Origin: Phyllobates terribilis
Lineage: Eukaryota
Direction of reading: 5' to 3'
Length of the DNA: 64,000 nucleotides
NCBI RefSeq assembly: GCF_046119375.1
Contig: NW_027362764.1
Span: 664,144,001 to 664,208,000, forward strand
Position 1 is the first letter of the stretch, and each line of letters starts with the position of its first letter. The position numbers and the translations under genes were made by a program. Below the pieces are notes generated by a model. It had not been told where the DNA came from and searched no databases. It saw only the letters and a list, made by a program, of their open reading frames with translations. This document shows positions 38,955 to 50,045 of this stretch, piece after piece.

Positions 38955-39405
38955 ACATTTTCATCACCTTTCACAATCACCAATGGGACAAGGCAGGGAT
39001 GTCCTCTGTCCCCTCTCTTATACATCCTAGTGACGGAGCACCTGCTCTCATCAATTCGCCATAACCCCAATATTAGGTGGATTGAGGTGGGAGGCACCGA
39101 GTACAAGTGCTCTCTATTTGCTGATGATGTCCTAGTATATATCACTCAATCACATATATCCATCCATGCTGTTATGGCTGAAATAGATCACTTTGTTACA
39201 TGGTAAAATTTTAAAATCAATGCAGCGAAGTCTGAGGCCCTCGATGTCTCCCTCCCTAAATCCATATAGGATTCCATCCAGTCCAACTTTCCCTTTGCCT
39301 GGCCCTCACAGGGTATCAAATACTTAGGAATTCCTATTCATAGAGACCTCTCCCATCTATGTTATCTTAATTTTGGGCCCTTTATTGAACAATTCCATAC
39401 AGACC
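38955..39405 (+). pseudogene. L1-clade LINE reverse transcriptase fragment
   Basis: NGTRQGCPLSPLLY...KCSLFADDVLVYIT (RT domains 4-5), followed by stops. Confidence 0.88.
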
Positions 39406-39474
39406 ACGGTTGGCAAGTTAGAACTGTAAGATTCACTACGTGAACCACTGGTGTTTTGTGGAAAAGCACATGTA

Positions 39475-40834
39475 CACCGCGTTCCAAATTATTATGCAAA
39501 AAGTGTTTAGGAGTGATAAGGGAAGAATTTGTTTGTTTGTCAGTTAAACTCATTGATGGTGATGTGTGTCAGGGCTCTTTATATCACTGTAAGCAATTGC
39601 AGACACCTGTGCTAATTAGTTTGGCAGGTGTGTCCAATGAAAGGCAAGACTACTTAAGAAGGCTCTCTCACATTATTAAGCAGCCTACATTTTCTGCCAA
39701 AATGGGAAAGAAAAAGGATGTGTCGGCTGCTGAGAAGCAACAAATTGTGGAGTGTTTAGGTAAAGATGACTACAATCAACATTGTGCGATGATCAGGATG
39801 AAGTGTCTTGGCAATCAAGAAGTATGTAGCTGATTCACAGTACACACGTGTGCGTGCTGATAAGGGCAAATTGAGGACTCTTTCCTACAGGCAATTACGT
39901 CAGGTTGAAAGAGCAGCGGCAAAAAAGCCTTGTCATAGCAGCAGACAAGTTTTTGAAGCTGCTTGTGCCTCCAACGTCCCCCGAACAACAAGATGCAGGG
40001 TCCTTCAGAGGTTTGCAGCTGTGCATACGCCATCCTGTCGACCTCCTCTATCCACTTCACACAAGCAGAAACGGCTCCAGTGGGCCAAACATTACATGAA
40101 GACTGATTTCAAAACTGTTTTGTTCACGGATGAGTGCCGTGCAGCGCTCGATGGTCCAGATGAATGGAGTGGAGGATGGCTGGTTGATGGACACCCCACG
40201 CAAACACGGCTACAGCGCCAACAAGGAGGAGGTGGAGTAATGTTTTGGGCTGGAATCATGGGGAGAGAGATTGTCGGCCCCTTTAGGATCCCTGAAGGCG
40301 CTAAAGATGAACTTCATAATGTATGTGGATTTTCTCAAACAGCACTTCCTGCCATGGTTCAAGAAGAAGAACCGTGTATTTCACAGCAAGATCATTTTTC
40401 TGCATGATAATGCACCATCTCATGCTGCACATAAAACATCTGCATCTCTGGCTGATATGGGCATAAAAGGGGACAAACTTATGGTGTGACCCCCATGCTC
40501 CCCTGACCTCTACCCCATTCAGAACCTTTGGAGCATCATTAAAAGGAGTGTCTATGATGGCGGGAGGCAGTTCACATCTAAGCAACAGCTCTGGGAGGGT
40601 ATTCTGTCCTCATGCAAAACAATTGAAGCAGAAACCATCCAAAACCTGACAAATTCAATGGACGAGAGAGTTCAGAAGCTCCTTTCGAACAAGGGGTCCT
40701 ATGTGAAAATGTAACATCACCTAGAATAAAGTTTTGAGTTGAAAACTGTTTGATTTCAGTTTCTAACAACCTGCTAATGCTTACAATTTCAAAAATGACC
40801 ATTTTTTTGGTCTTTATTAAAATGAAAAGGTTGA
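39475..40834 (+). mobile_element. Tc1/DD37E (TRT-like) element with frameshifted transposase and missing right end
   Basis: Left end TA|CACCGCGTTCCAAATTATTATGCA; FTDECRAALDGPD and HDNAPSH motifs; same family as 26117-27684. Confidence 0.9.
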
Positions 40835-41171
40835 TCGAAAAGTTTGGGGGATCTAAGAGTGTGGCAACCCAGTAGTCATGATTACTTCGAATTCTGACAA
40901 TATGAGGGTCATGCTGCAGGTAGTGCAGCAAGAAGGCACTTATGTGTCTTGCGCATCTCGGAGCCCCAAAATTATTTTCCGGGCTAGATGCAGCTAAAAA
41001 TTATTTTTAATTTTAAATCTGGTGAAGCTTATTATAGATGGCCTAATAGTATCAGTGCTGCACACTGCTACAAAGCCCAAATTATTTTCCAGTCAAGATA
41101 CAGATAAACATGATTAGTAATTTGAAAGCTTAAAACGGTTGGTAGGGTGATTTTAACCAATCATCAAGCTT

Positions 41172-44100
41172 TTACTCTCCCCAGGATGACACAGGGGTAG
41201 AAAAGTCGTTTCGGATCCATGATTTGTTCATCTTTATGAACGTGAGTCTGTCTACATTATCAGTGGAGAGCCGCGTGCGCTTATCTGTCAGCACACCACC
41301 AGCAGCGCTGAACACACGTTCAGACAGAACGCTGGCTGCGGGGCATGACAAGATCTCCAAGGCGTAAGTGGCTAGCTCCGGCCATTTATCCAGATTGGAA
41401 GCCCAAAAAGAGCAAGGGTCCAGTGACACAGTCGTGGCTTCAATGTTTACTTGGAGATACTCCTGTACCATCGTCTCTAGGCGTTGACTATGTGTCAGAC
41501 TTCTTGTCTCCTGTGGCCTTGCAAAGGATGGGCTAAAAAAGTGGTGAAATGATTCCGCAAAATTGATGTTACCAGCAGATACTGTGGTTCTGTTACGGTT
41601 TGAGTGCTGAACACTTGACGGTCCCACGGTTGGCAAGTTGGAACTGTGAGATTCACTACGTGCACCACTGGTATTTTGTGGAAAAGCACATGTAAGATTC
41701 TGCAACAGTCTCTGCTGATACTCCTGCATGCGTGCATCCCTTTCTATGGCAGGAATAATTTCTGCAAATTTACTTTTGTACTGGGGATCTAACAGTGTGG
41801 CAACCCAGTAGTCAGGATTATTTCTAATTCTCACAATTCGAGGGTCATGTTGCAGGTAGTGCAGCAAGAAGGCACTCATGTGTGTTGCGCATCCAGGAGC
41901 ACCAAGTCCCTGTTGTGTTGGTGGCGAGGTAACAATCATGCTTCCTTCCTCTGTCCTCTCCCCCCAACCTCGCACAACAGAAATGTGATCAAGGTCTCCC
42001 TCATCTGATGAGTCTTCCATCAGTTCGTCCTCCACTTCTTCCTGGGCTCCTGCACCTTCCTCACTAGTTTGGCTGCTACCATGCGCCCTGGTAAAATCAT
42101 CTCCCCCACCCTCACATGCCTGCCGCCTTGGTGCTGCCGACCGTCTGGACCTTGCAGATGTTAGCCCTTCCGCATACAACTCCTCCTCCTCTACTTCCTC
42201 CACCTCCTCTTGTGCCACCACCTGACTCCGAATTCTGTTTAACATGTGCTCCAGCATGTAAATCACCGGAATAGTCATGCTGATAATGGCATCGTCAGCA
42301 CTAAACATCTTCGTCGCCATTTCAAAACTGTGCAGAAGGGTGCATAGGTCCCTGATCTGAGACCACTCCTCCAGCGTGATTTGCCCCACCTCTGAATCTC
42401 GTTGGCCCAGGCTATACGTCAGAACGTATTGCACCAGGGCTTGTCGGTGCTGCCACAGTCGCTGCAACATGTGCAGAGTTGAATTCCACCGGGTAGGCAC
42501 ATCGCATTTTAGCCGGTGAAGTGGCAGGCCCAACGACTTCTGTAGAGATGTAAGTCGCTGAGCTGCGGGATGCGAACGGCGGAAGTGAGCACACAGCGAC
42601 CGTGCCCTCTGCAGAAGGCCATCTAGTCTGGGATAGTGGGCTAAAAATTGCTGGACAACCAGGTTCAACACGTGAGCCATACAAGGCACGTGTGTGACAT
42701 TGCCCCGGCGAAGGGCCGCACCCAGGTTTGCAGCATTGTCGCACACGGCCTTCCCTGGTTTCAGGTCCAGTGGAGACAACCATTCATGAAATTGGTTCTC
42801 CAGAGCTGACCACAACTCCTCAGCTGTGTGACTCACATTTCCCAGACATTTCAATGTAAAAACCGCCTGATGACGTTGAGCCCTACTGCCAGCATAGTAA
42901 GGAGGTGTGCAGGATCCCTTCTGCGCAGTTAGAAAGCTTGTGGCATGACCAGACAGGCTTTGGGTGCAGGTGGAAGACCGAGAGGAGGTTGAGGAGGCAG
43001 AAGCAGTGGAGGAACTTTGACATAAAGAGGATTGACGCACAACTCGTGGGGACGGCAAGACTTGGACAGCAGCCCCTTGTCCTGCTGTCACCATAGTTAC
43101 CCAGTGCCCAGTCAGCGACATGTAACGCCCCTGTCCATGTCTACTCGTCCAAGTGTCTGTGGTGAAATGCACCCTGTCACACACAGAGTTTCTCAAAGAA
43201 GCGGTGATGTTGTGTGCGACATGCTGGTGGAGCGCAGGCACACCTTTCTTTGAGAAGTAGTGCCGACTGGGCATCTGGTACTGGGGCACTGCGACGGACA
43301 TAAGGTCTCGAAAATCCTCTGTGTCCACCAGGCGGAAAGGCAGCATTTCTGTAGCCAAGAGCTTGCAGATGGTGAAATTCAACCTCTTAGCTTTCTCATG
43401 GCTAGGAGGAAATGGTCTTTTACTTGTCCACATCTGAGGGACCGAGGGCTGGCTATTGTGCTTAGACGAGGTTGATAAGGGTGTCCCCGGCAAACTGCCG
43501 GTCTGTGAGGAAGATGCAGGCGGACATGTTAGGTTGCCTTGATCCAAAGGTGGTGCTATCGATGTCGGACAGCGCTCAAGACCAGCTGGTGTTACCACCT
43601 CCAAAGAAAATGATGACCTGCCAATCACGCTGGCTGTTGCGGGTAAAGAGGTGGCAGGTCTGCGCCCCAAAACAGGTGTGACTGCTGTCCCCCCAGTCAC
43701 AGAGGATGAAGAGGCCACGGATGCACAAGATATGGCAGACGGTGGTTGGCCCGGCCGGCTAGGCCGCATTGTAGCACACTGAGCTTCCCACTGCAACTTA
43801 TGCTTCATGTCCATGTGCCGGTTCATGCATGAAGTACACAAACTATGTATTTTTTGGCCTCTACTTAGCTTTTGCTGACAAATGTTACAGATAACACGAG
43901 TTGGGTCATCTTTATCGATCTGAAAAAATGCCCAGGCTATGCAAGGCTTAGCACCCATGCGACCTGAAGAGCCACCACGACTTGTGGTGAGAGGCAGAGT
44001 TGTGTTTGAGGATGCAGTTGTTGACGTGCTTCCAGTACTACGTCTCTGTCCAGGAAGGCGCAACCTGACCTCGTCGTCACTAGCATCTTCCTCCACCTCC

Positions 44101-44852
44101 TCTGCTGACCTCATCTCTTGGCTGACTGTGGGTTGACAGTAAGTGGGATCTCCGACCTCATCATCATCACCCTGTGCGTTATCACACCCGTCGTCCTCAG
44201 AGCCAACCTGTTCCTGCCCTGACAAAAAACTAAAGTTGTCGCTCCAATCAGGTATTTGAGTCTTATCATCGTCTTCCTCATTGTCTCCACCAACAGGAGT
44301 TACAGTTTGGGAATGAGGGTCTACATTATGGTCAGAACCTTCTGCGTCTGGTCCTGGATCCGACTCATAAAGATTCTGGGCATCAGTGCAGATCATTTCC
44401 TCGTCTGGATTCACAGAAGCGCTGGAGTCGACCTCTGATTCCCAGGCTATAGTATGAGTAAACAGCTCTGCAGACTCAACCATCTGTTCTACCTCATACT
44501 CAGACGGGCAGCTGGAGATTTGGGAGCTGTGAGGAAGCAAGTGCGATTTGGGTGACACCTTTGAGGACTGGAGTATTTGTGATGTTGAAGTTGATGTGGA
44601 GGAGAGCCCACTTAAAGGAGCACTTGATATCCGTTGAAGCACCTGCTGTTTTTGTGCCTCATCTGGAATTTGTAGCGATTGGCGTGGCCGTAAGAAAGGG
44701 ATCTTATCACATTGTCCGCTAAAAGAAGTAGACATTTTAGTTTGGCTGGAAGATGGTCTTTCTTCTGCACCTACCCCACGGACACAACCTTTTTTCCCCT
44801 TCCCAACACGCCTATTCCCCTTTCCACCAGCAGCAGGCCTTTTTCCACTCAT
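41172..44852 (-). CDS. Intact hAT transposase with BED zinc finger (ZBED-like), 1226 aa
   Basis: BED finger AWAFF..CNIC..L..MNRHMDMKH; catalytic region TTDTWTS, CDNAAN, CMAHVLNL, DVPTRWNST; dimerisation domain WPELA..ALEILSCPAASVLSERVFS. Single uninterrupted ORF. Confidence 0.96.
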   Translation of the reverse strand: MSGKRPAAGGKGNRRVGKGKKGCVRGVGAEERPSSSQTKMSTSFSGQCDKIPFLRPRQSLQIPDEAQKQQVLQRISSAPLSGLSSTSTSTSQILQSSKVSPKSHLLPHSSQISSCPSEYEVEQMVESAELFTHTIAWESEVDSSASVNPDEEMICTDAQNLYESDPGPDAEGSDHNVDPHSQTVTPVGGDNEEDDDKTQIPDWSDNFSFLSGQEQVGSEDDGCDNAQGDDDEVGDPTYCQPTVSQEMRSAEEVEEDASDDEVRLRLPGQRRSTGSTSTTASSNTTLPLTTSRGGSSGRMGAKPCIAWAFFQIDKDDPTRVICNICQQKLSRGQKIHSLCTSCMNRHMDMKHKLQWEAQCATMRPSRPGQPPSAISCASVASSSSVTGGTAVTPVLGRRPATSLPATASVIGRSSFSLEVVTPAGLERCPTSIAPPLDQGNLTCPPASSSQTGSLPGTPLSTSSKHNSQPSVPQMWTSKRPFPPSHEKAKRLNFTICKLLATEMLPFRLVDTEDFRDLMSVAVPQYQMPSRHYFSKKGVPALHQHVAHNITASLRNSVCDRVHFTTDTWTSRHGQGRYMSLTGHWVTMVTAGQGAAVQVLPSPRVVRQSSLCQSSSTASASSTSSRSSTCTQSLSGHATSFLTAQKGSCTPPYYAGSRAQRHQAVFTLKCLGNVSHTAEELWSALENQFHEWLSPLDLKPGKAVCDNAANLGAALRRGNVTHVPCMAHVLNLVVQQFLAHYPRLDGLLQRARSLCAHFRRSHPAAQRLTSLQKSLGLPLHRLKCDVPTRWNSTLHMLQRLWQHRQALVQYVLTYSLGQRDSEVGQITLEEWSQIRDLCTLLHSFEMATKMFSADDAIISMTIPVIYMLEHMLNRIRSQVVAQEEVEEVEEEELYAEGLTSARSRRSAAPRRQACEGGGDDFTRAHGSSQTSEEGAGAQEEVEDELMEDSSDEGDLDHISVVRGWGERTEEGSMIVTSPPTQQGLGAPGCATHMSAFLLHYLQHDPRIVRIRNNPDYWVATLLDPQYKSKFAEIIPAIERDARMQEYQQRLLQNLTCAFPQNTSGARSESHSSNLPTVGPSSVQHSNRNRTTVSAGNINFAESFHHFFSPSFARPQETRSLTHSQRLETMVQEYLQVNIEATTVSLDPCSFWASNLDKWPELATYALEILSCPAASVLSERVFSAAGGVLTDKRTRLSTDNVDRLTFIKMNKSWIRNDFSTPVSSWGE

Positions 44853-44877
44853 TTTGGTGGTTAACTAATTCACAACT

Positions 44878-44905
44878 CTGGAGTTGTTTGCACAAAAAAA
44901 CAATG
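44878..44905 (-). promoter_or_regulatory. Candidate splice acceptor just upstream of the transposase ATG
   Basis: The minus strand reads TTGTTTTTTTGTGCAAACAACTCCAG|AGTTG..., about 25 nt before ACCAAAATG. A TATAAG and a CCAAT lie near 47080-47115. Confidence 0.4.
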
Positions 44906-44964
44906 GATGGTAACCGAGCAGAGCTGAGTGGCCAAACTGTGGTATTAGGCCAAAACTATTGGCT

Positions 44965-46575
44965 GGGTTAGATGCAGAAAAAAATTATTTTTAATTTGCA
45001 ACCTGATGGAGGTCAGTATAGATGGACTAATAGACCAAGTCCCACACACCGCTAGAAGCCCAAATATTTTTTCAGAGCTAGATGCAGAAAATTTTTTTAT
45101 TCAATTTGCAACCTGATGGAGGTCAGTATAGATGGACTAATAGACCAAGTCCCACACACTGCTAGAAGCCCAAATATTTTTTCAGAGCTAGATGCAGAAA
45201 AAAATTATTTTTAATTTGCAACCTGATGGAGGTCAGTATAGATGGACTAATAGACCAAGTCCCACACACCGCTAGAAGCCCAAATATTTTTTCAGAGCTA
45301 GATGCAGAAAAAAATTATATTCAATTTGCAACCTGCTGGAGGTCAGTATAGAAGGACTAATAGAACAAGTCCCACACACTGCTAGAAGCCCAAATATTTT
45401 TTCAGAGCTAAATGAAGAAAAAAATTATTTTTAATTTGCAACCTGATGGAGGTCAGTATAGATGGACTAATAGACCAAGTCCCACACACTGCTAGAAGCC
45501 CAAATATTTTTTCAGAGCTAGATGCAGAAAAAAATTATTTTTAATTTGCAACCTGATGGAGGTCAGTATAGATGGACTAATAGAACAAGTCCCACACGCT
45601 GCTAGAAGCCCAAATATTTTTTCAGAGATAAATGAAGAAAAAAATTATTTTTAATTTGCAACCTGATGGAGGTCAGTATAGATGGACTAATAGACCAAGT
45701 CCCACACACTGCTAGAAGCCCAAATATTTTTTCAGAGCTAGATGCAGAAAAAAATTATTTTTAATTTGCAACCTGATGGAGGTCAGTATAGATGGACTAA
45801 TAGACCAAGTCCCACACACCGCTAGAAGCCCAAATATTTTTTCAGAGCTAGATGCAGAAAATTTTTTTATTCAATTTGCAACCTGATGGAGGTCAGTATA
45901 GATGGACTAATAGACCAAGTCCCACACACTGCTAGAAGCCCAAATATTTTTTCAGAGCTAGATGCAGAAAAAAATTATTTTTAATTTGCAACCTGATGGA
46001 GGTCAGTATAGATGGACTAATAGACCAAGTCCCACACACTGCTAGAAGCCCAAATATTTTTTCAGAGCTAGATGCAGAAAAAAATTATTTTTAATTTGCA
46101 ACCTGATGGAGGTCAGTATAGATGGACTAATAGACCAAGTCCCACACACCGCTAGAAGCCCAAATATTTTTTCAGAGCTAGATGCAGAAAAAAATTATAT
46201 TCAATTTGCAACCTGCTGGAGGTCAGTATAGAAGGACTAATAGAACAAGTCCCACACACTGCTAGAAGCCCAAATATTTTTTCAGAGCTAGATGCAGAAA
46301 AAAATTATTTTTAATTTGCAACCTGATGGAGGTCAGTATAGATGGACTAATAGAACAAGTCCCACACGCTGCTAGAAGCCCAAATATTTTTTCAGAGATA
46401 AATGGAGAAAAAAATTATTTTTAATTTGCAACCTGATGGAGGTCAGTATAGATGGACTAATAGACCAAGTCCCATACACTGCTAGAAGCCCAAATATTTT
46501 TTCAGAGCTAGATGCAGAAAAAAAATATTTTTAATTTGCAACCTGATGGAGGTCAGTATAGATGGACTAATAGAA
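44965..46575. repeat. 110-bp tandem array, 15 units, with a 7-unit higher-order duplication
   Basis: ACCTG(A/C)TGGAGGTCAG recurs every 110 bp from 45001 to 46541. Confidence 0.97.
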
Positions 46576-47893
46576 TGACGCTATGCCCAAAAGATTTTAC
46601 TTCACTAGGTGCAGTAAAAAAATTGGTATTCTATACACAGGTGGTATATCTTGCAACACAGATAGGCTACTCCACTGACTAACACACTCTGCAATAGGCC
46701 AAAAAGGATTAGCTTTGCTAGATTCAGCCAAATGCTGTGAAAAAAACTTGCACAGCACTGGCACAGACCTGCCTGGCAAAAACTGATAGGAACTGATGTA
46801 ACCTAGTCCTGAAAAGGACTCCAATTACAATTAGTCTTTACTCCCACAATCTATCTATTTAAGAGCACAGACCTGCTTGATAAAAGTCGTAGGAAATGCT
46901 GTAACCTAGTCCTTAAAATGACTGCAATCACAACTATTCCCTACTTCCAAGCTATCTGTATATTTGTGCGAAAATTGGCTTGAAATTAACAAGGTATAGC
47001 GCACACAGCAACAGCGGTGCCGTCTAACACGCAGCTGCAGCAGTGAGAAAATGTTGGCGACGGGGAAAATGGCTTGGTCTTATAGGGCAAGGACATGTGA
47101 CATACACTGCCAATCACACATGCCCTTGCTTGTGTGAAAAAAAGCACTTCGCTCCGTGTGTGCGCTGCTTATAGGCTGACAGATTGCACCTCCCCACTGC
47201 AAATGCGGGAAAGAGAAAAAAAAATGGAGATCTTCATTGTTCCTGCAGAGATCCATCCCCTGCCCCTCCCCCCGCCCCGCTGTACACTCAAACTGCGTAT
47301 TAACATTAATTTTCATCATTACTGAGAAAAAATCCAGTTATGATTTTGGTGCACGAACAGTTATCGAACATAACCTCGAACAGCCGAATTTTTCTCAAAT
47401 TGTTCGTGTTCGCCGACCGGCTCGAACACCGCCCAAAACAGCTCGAATTTGAGATTGGCGAACAGTTCGAGTAGAACAACGCTCATCTCTAATTCTGAAG
47501 TAAAGCCTTAGTAGTGATTGATTTAAGAACAAGAGGAATATACAGTAACTAATTACTCAAGTAAGTTCCAGTCAGGACCGGGGTAAGATGGGGGCCATGT
47601 TTTGGTGACTGTAAGTGGATTCTGGCAACTCTCACCACCATGCTCACCACCTAATGCAAGAGGGAGTAGGGCAAAATAACCCTGTTATTGGCCGGTCAAC
47701 AAAACCTAATTTAGGAAGGGTACTCATTATGTTTGTGCCCATTGCTGGACACATTCTCAGGAGGTATGCACCCAATAGTGGCCACAGTCAGAATGAATGC
47801 CAAGACCTACACCCAACGTAGGGACTCACTGTAAAAATATATACTGCATGGTTTATGTGTCTTTGCAGGTTTCGGCACTTTCCTATACAGTCA

Positions 47894-48847
47894 GGCTATG
47901 TGCCCACGATGCAGAAATGCTCTGGATTTTTCCTGAGCATTTCTGCATCTCCCTGGCAGAAAAAACGCATGCGGATTTTACATGCATTTTTTCAGCCAGG
48001 GACAAGCGGAAGTGAAGCGTTTTTAGCATGCGAATTCACATGCGGGTTGTCAAGTGCTTTCCAAGCGATTTTAGCATCACTTGGAAAAGTGCTTGACAAC
48101 TTGGTCACACTATATAAATCCATGCAACCGGCATGGATTTATATAGTGTGACCAAGTTAGTTAAAAAAAAGAATAGAAATGGTAACAAATAAAAAAAAAA
48201 CATATACTCACCTTCCGATGGCCCCCCCTTCCTAAAATAAAAAAAATTAATTCTACTTACCTTCTGATGCGTCTGGTCTCCCCGGTGTCTCGCGGTGGTG
48301 TAAAAGGACCTTCCATGACATCATTTAGTCATGTGACAGGTCACGCCACCACCGACGTCAGTGGTTGCATGACCCGTCACATGACTAAATGACGTCATGG
48401 AAGGTCCTTTTAGACCATCGCGAGCTGGCGGGGAGCCAGGACGCATCAGAAGGTAAGTATAATTTATTTTTTTTATTTTAAATTCTTTTTTTTACAGGTA
48501 CTATGGTACCCGGGTCTGGAGGAGAGTCTCCTCTTCTCCAGACCCGGGTACCATCCGCACATTGAATCGCTTAATATCCACATGTGCACATGTAGTGATG
48601 CGGATATTAAGCGATTCAATGCAAGTCAATGGTGGCAAAATCGACACGATTCCGCAAAATAATTGGTAGTGCTGCGTATTTTTCTGCAATGATAATCCGC
48701 AGCGGAAATTTCCGCAGCATGTGCACAGCACATGCGGATTATCATTGGGGAATATTGCAGACCTTCTACCAAGCGTTTTTTTAAGCGTTTCTGCGGCGGA
48801 ATTGCCGCTGCGGAAATGCTTAAAAAACGCATAGTGGGCACACAGCC
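47894..48847. mobile_element. PIF/Harbinger-type MITE
   Basis: TIRs GGCTATGTGCCCAC / GTGGGCACACAGCC, 3-bp TSD TCA, internal palindrome at 48230-48480 and perfect hairpin at 48503-48554. Confidence 0.85.
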
Positions 48848-49152
48848 TCAAACAAACATTATGCAGGCAAACACAATTTTTGCTTCCATTCGAATGCGGG
48901 GGCCTGCGGCATCTTTACAGTATACGTTGGGAAAAGCTGGGGCGCAGTGTGCACCTGGCCTTACATGAATTAAAATACTGAATGAAGCTGGGCAGTAATC
49001 ATGCTGCCTGCAAAAGTACAGACCTTTCAATAGTTCAGTTTAGATTTAACCCTTATTTCCCATCATTGACCTACGGTGATAATTGCTACATATATATTTT
49101 ATTTTGACACATACACATTTGGATTATCTTTATTTTTATTTTTTCACATAGT

Positions 49153-49192
49153 TTATCTGACGAAGGTCAGAGCTTTGATCGAAATATTATGA
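49153..49192 (+). ncRNA. Minimal hammerhead-like motif (probable isolated Penelope terminal-repeat remnant)
   Basis: TTAT-CTGACGA-A-GGTCA gagctt TGATC-GAAA-TATT-ATGA, with palindromic AATATT stem III. Confidence 0.45.
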
Positions 49193-49695
49193 TTTGATGT
49201 GGATTACACTTATTAATGAAACCATAAGCTTGCATCTCCTATTCAGTGCCAAGTTCTTACCATAAATTTACGTAAAAGGTGGTGGGACCCTACTTGAGCA
49301 CCCTCTTCACAAGAGTGTCTTGAGCTGTTTATGACTGTGTTTAGTAGTACTACTGCCCGGACTGCTGGTGCCAGTGATGGTACTGCTTTTGCTGCTAGTG
49401 TCTACCACAATCTTAACCAAGTTATGATGTATTTTTTCTTTAACATTGCCCCGTCCATTGCAATTGTCACTTTTTCTTTCACCGTGCATTTTGTACAAAA
49501 CTGTAATTAACTTTTGACAATTTTTTTCAACCCCAATTATTCAACCCTTGATAAAAAAAAGAACATAATAAGAAATGCTACGTAGGTATGTACACATACA
49601 GAAAGCAAAATGTGGCAGAAAGCTGCAGTAGGTGTGGAGGTAGTGGTTGTCAAATTGGACTAGTAAAACAGGTGTGCAAAAACTGACAAGCCTAG

Positions 49696-50045
49696 TTAAA
49701 GAGAGAATCTGTCATCATGTTTTTGACACCTAATCTGAGAGCAGTATGATGTAGGGGCAGACACCCTTATCCCATCAATGTGTCACTTACTGAGTAGCTC
49801 GCTGTAGTTTTGATAAAATGATAGCTTTATCAGCAGGAAATTATCACTTGAAGACTAATTAACCTGCTGCCATTTAGTCCTCCGTATTCATAAGCTCTGC
49901 ATTACCTGCCCCCACCACTGATTGGCAGCTTTCAGTGTACACTATCTACAAGGAGAAAGCTGCCAATCAGGGGTGTGGGCGGGGTTATATAGAGCTCAGC
50001 ATTCAGAATACTGCTAGATCTGCAGTAGTGATTTTATCCAAACTT
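49696..50045. mobile_element. Truncated Kolobok/T2-like MITE
   Basis: Left end TTAAAGAGAGAATCTGTCA and internal inverted motif TGATTGGCAGCTT / AAGCTGCCAATCA. Confidence 0.55.

Larger units (their letters stand above)
36700..47491 (-). mobile_element. Autonomous-type hAT element region (both termini present, mosaic interior, TSDs do not match)
   Basis: TAGTGTTGAGC at 36700 and GCTCATCTCTA ending at 47491, each about 85-90% similar by eye to the ends of 11950-18003. Flanks are GTGGGCAT and ATTCTGAA. Confidence 0.8.

Noticed and set aside
41172-44852. Domesticated host ZBED gene
   Set aside because: It is flanked by transposon TIRs and subterminal repeats shared with a mobile non-autonomous copy. 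It is treated as a transposase unless synteny shows otherwise.
44965-46575. CRISPR-like array
   Set aside because: The whole 110-bp unit repeats with no unique spacers, there are no cas genes, and the context is eukaryotic.
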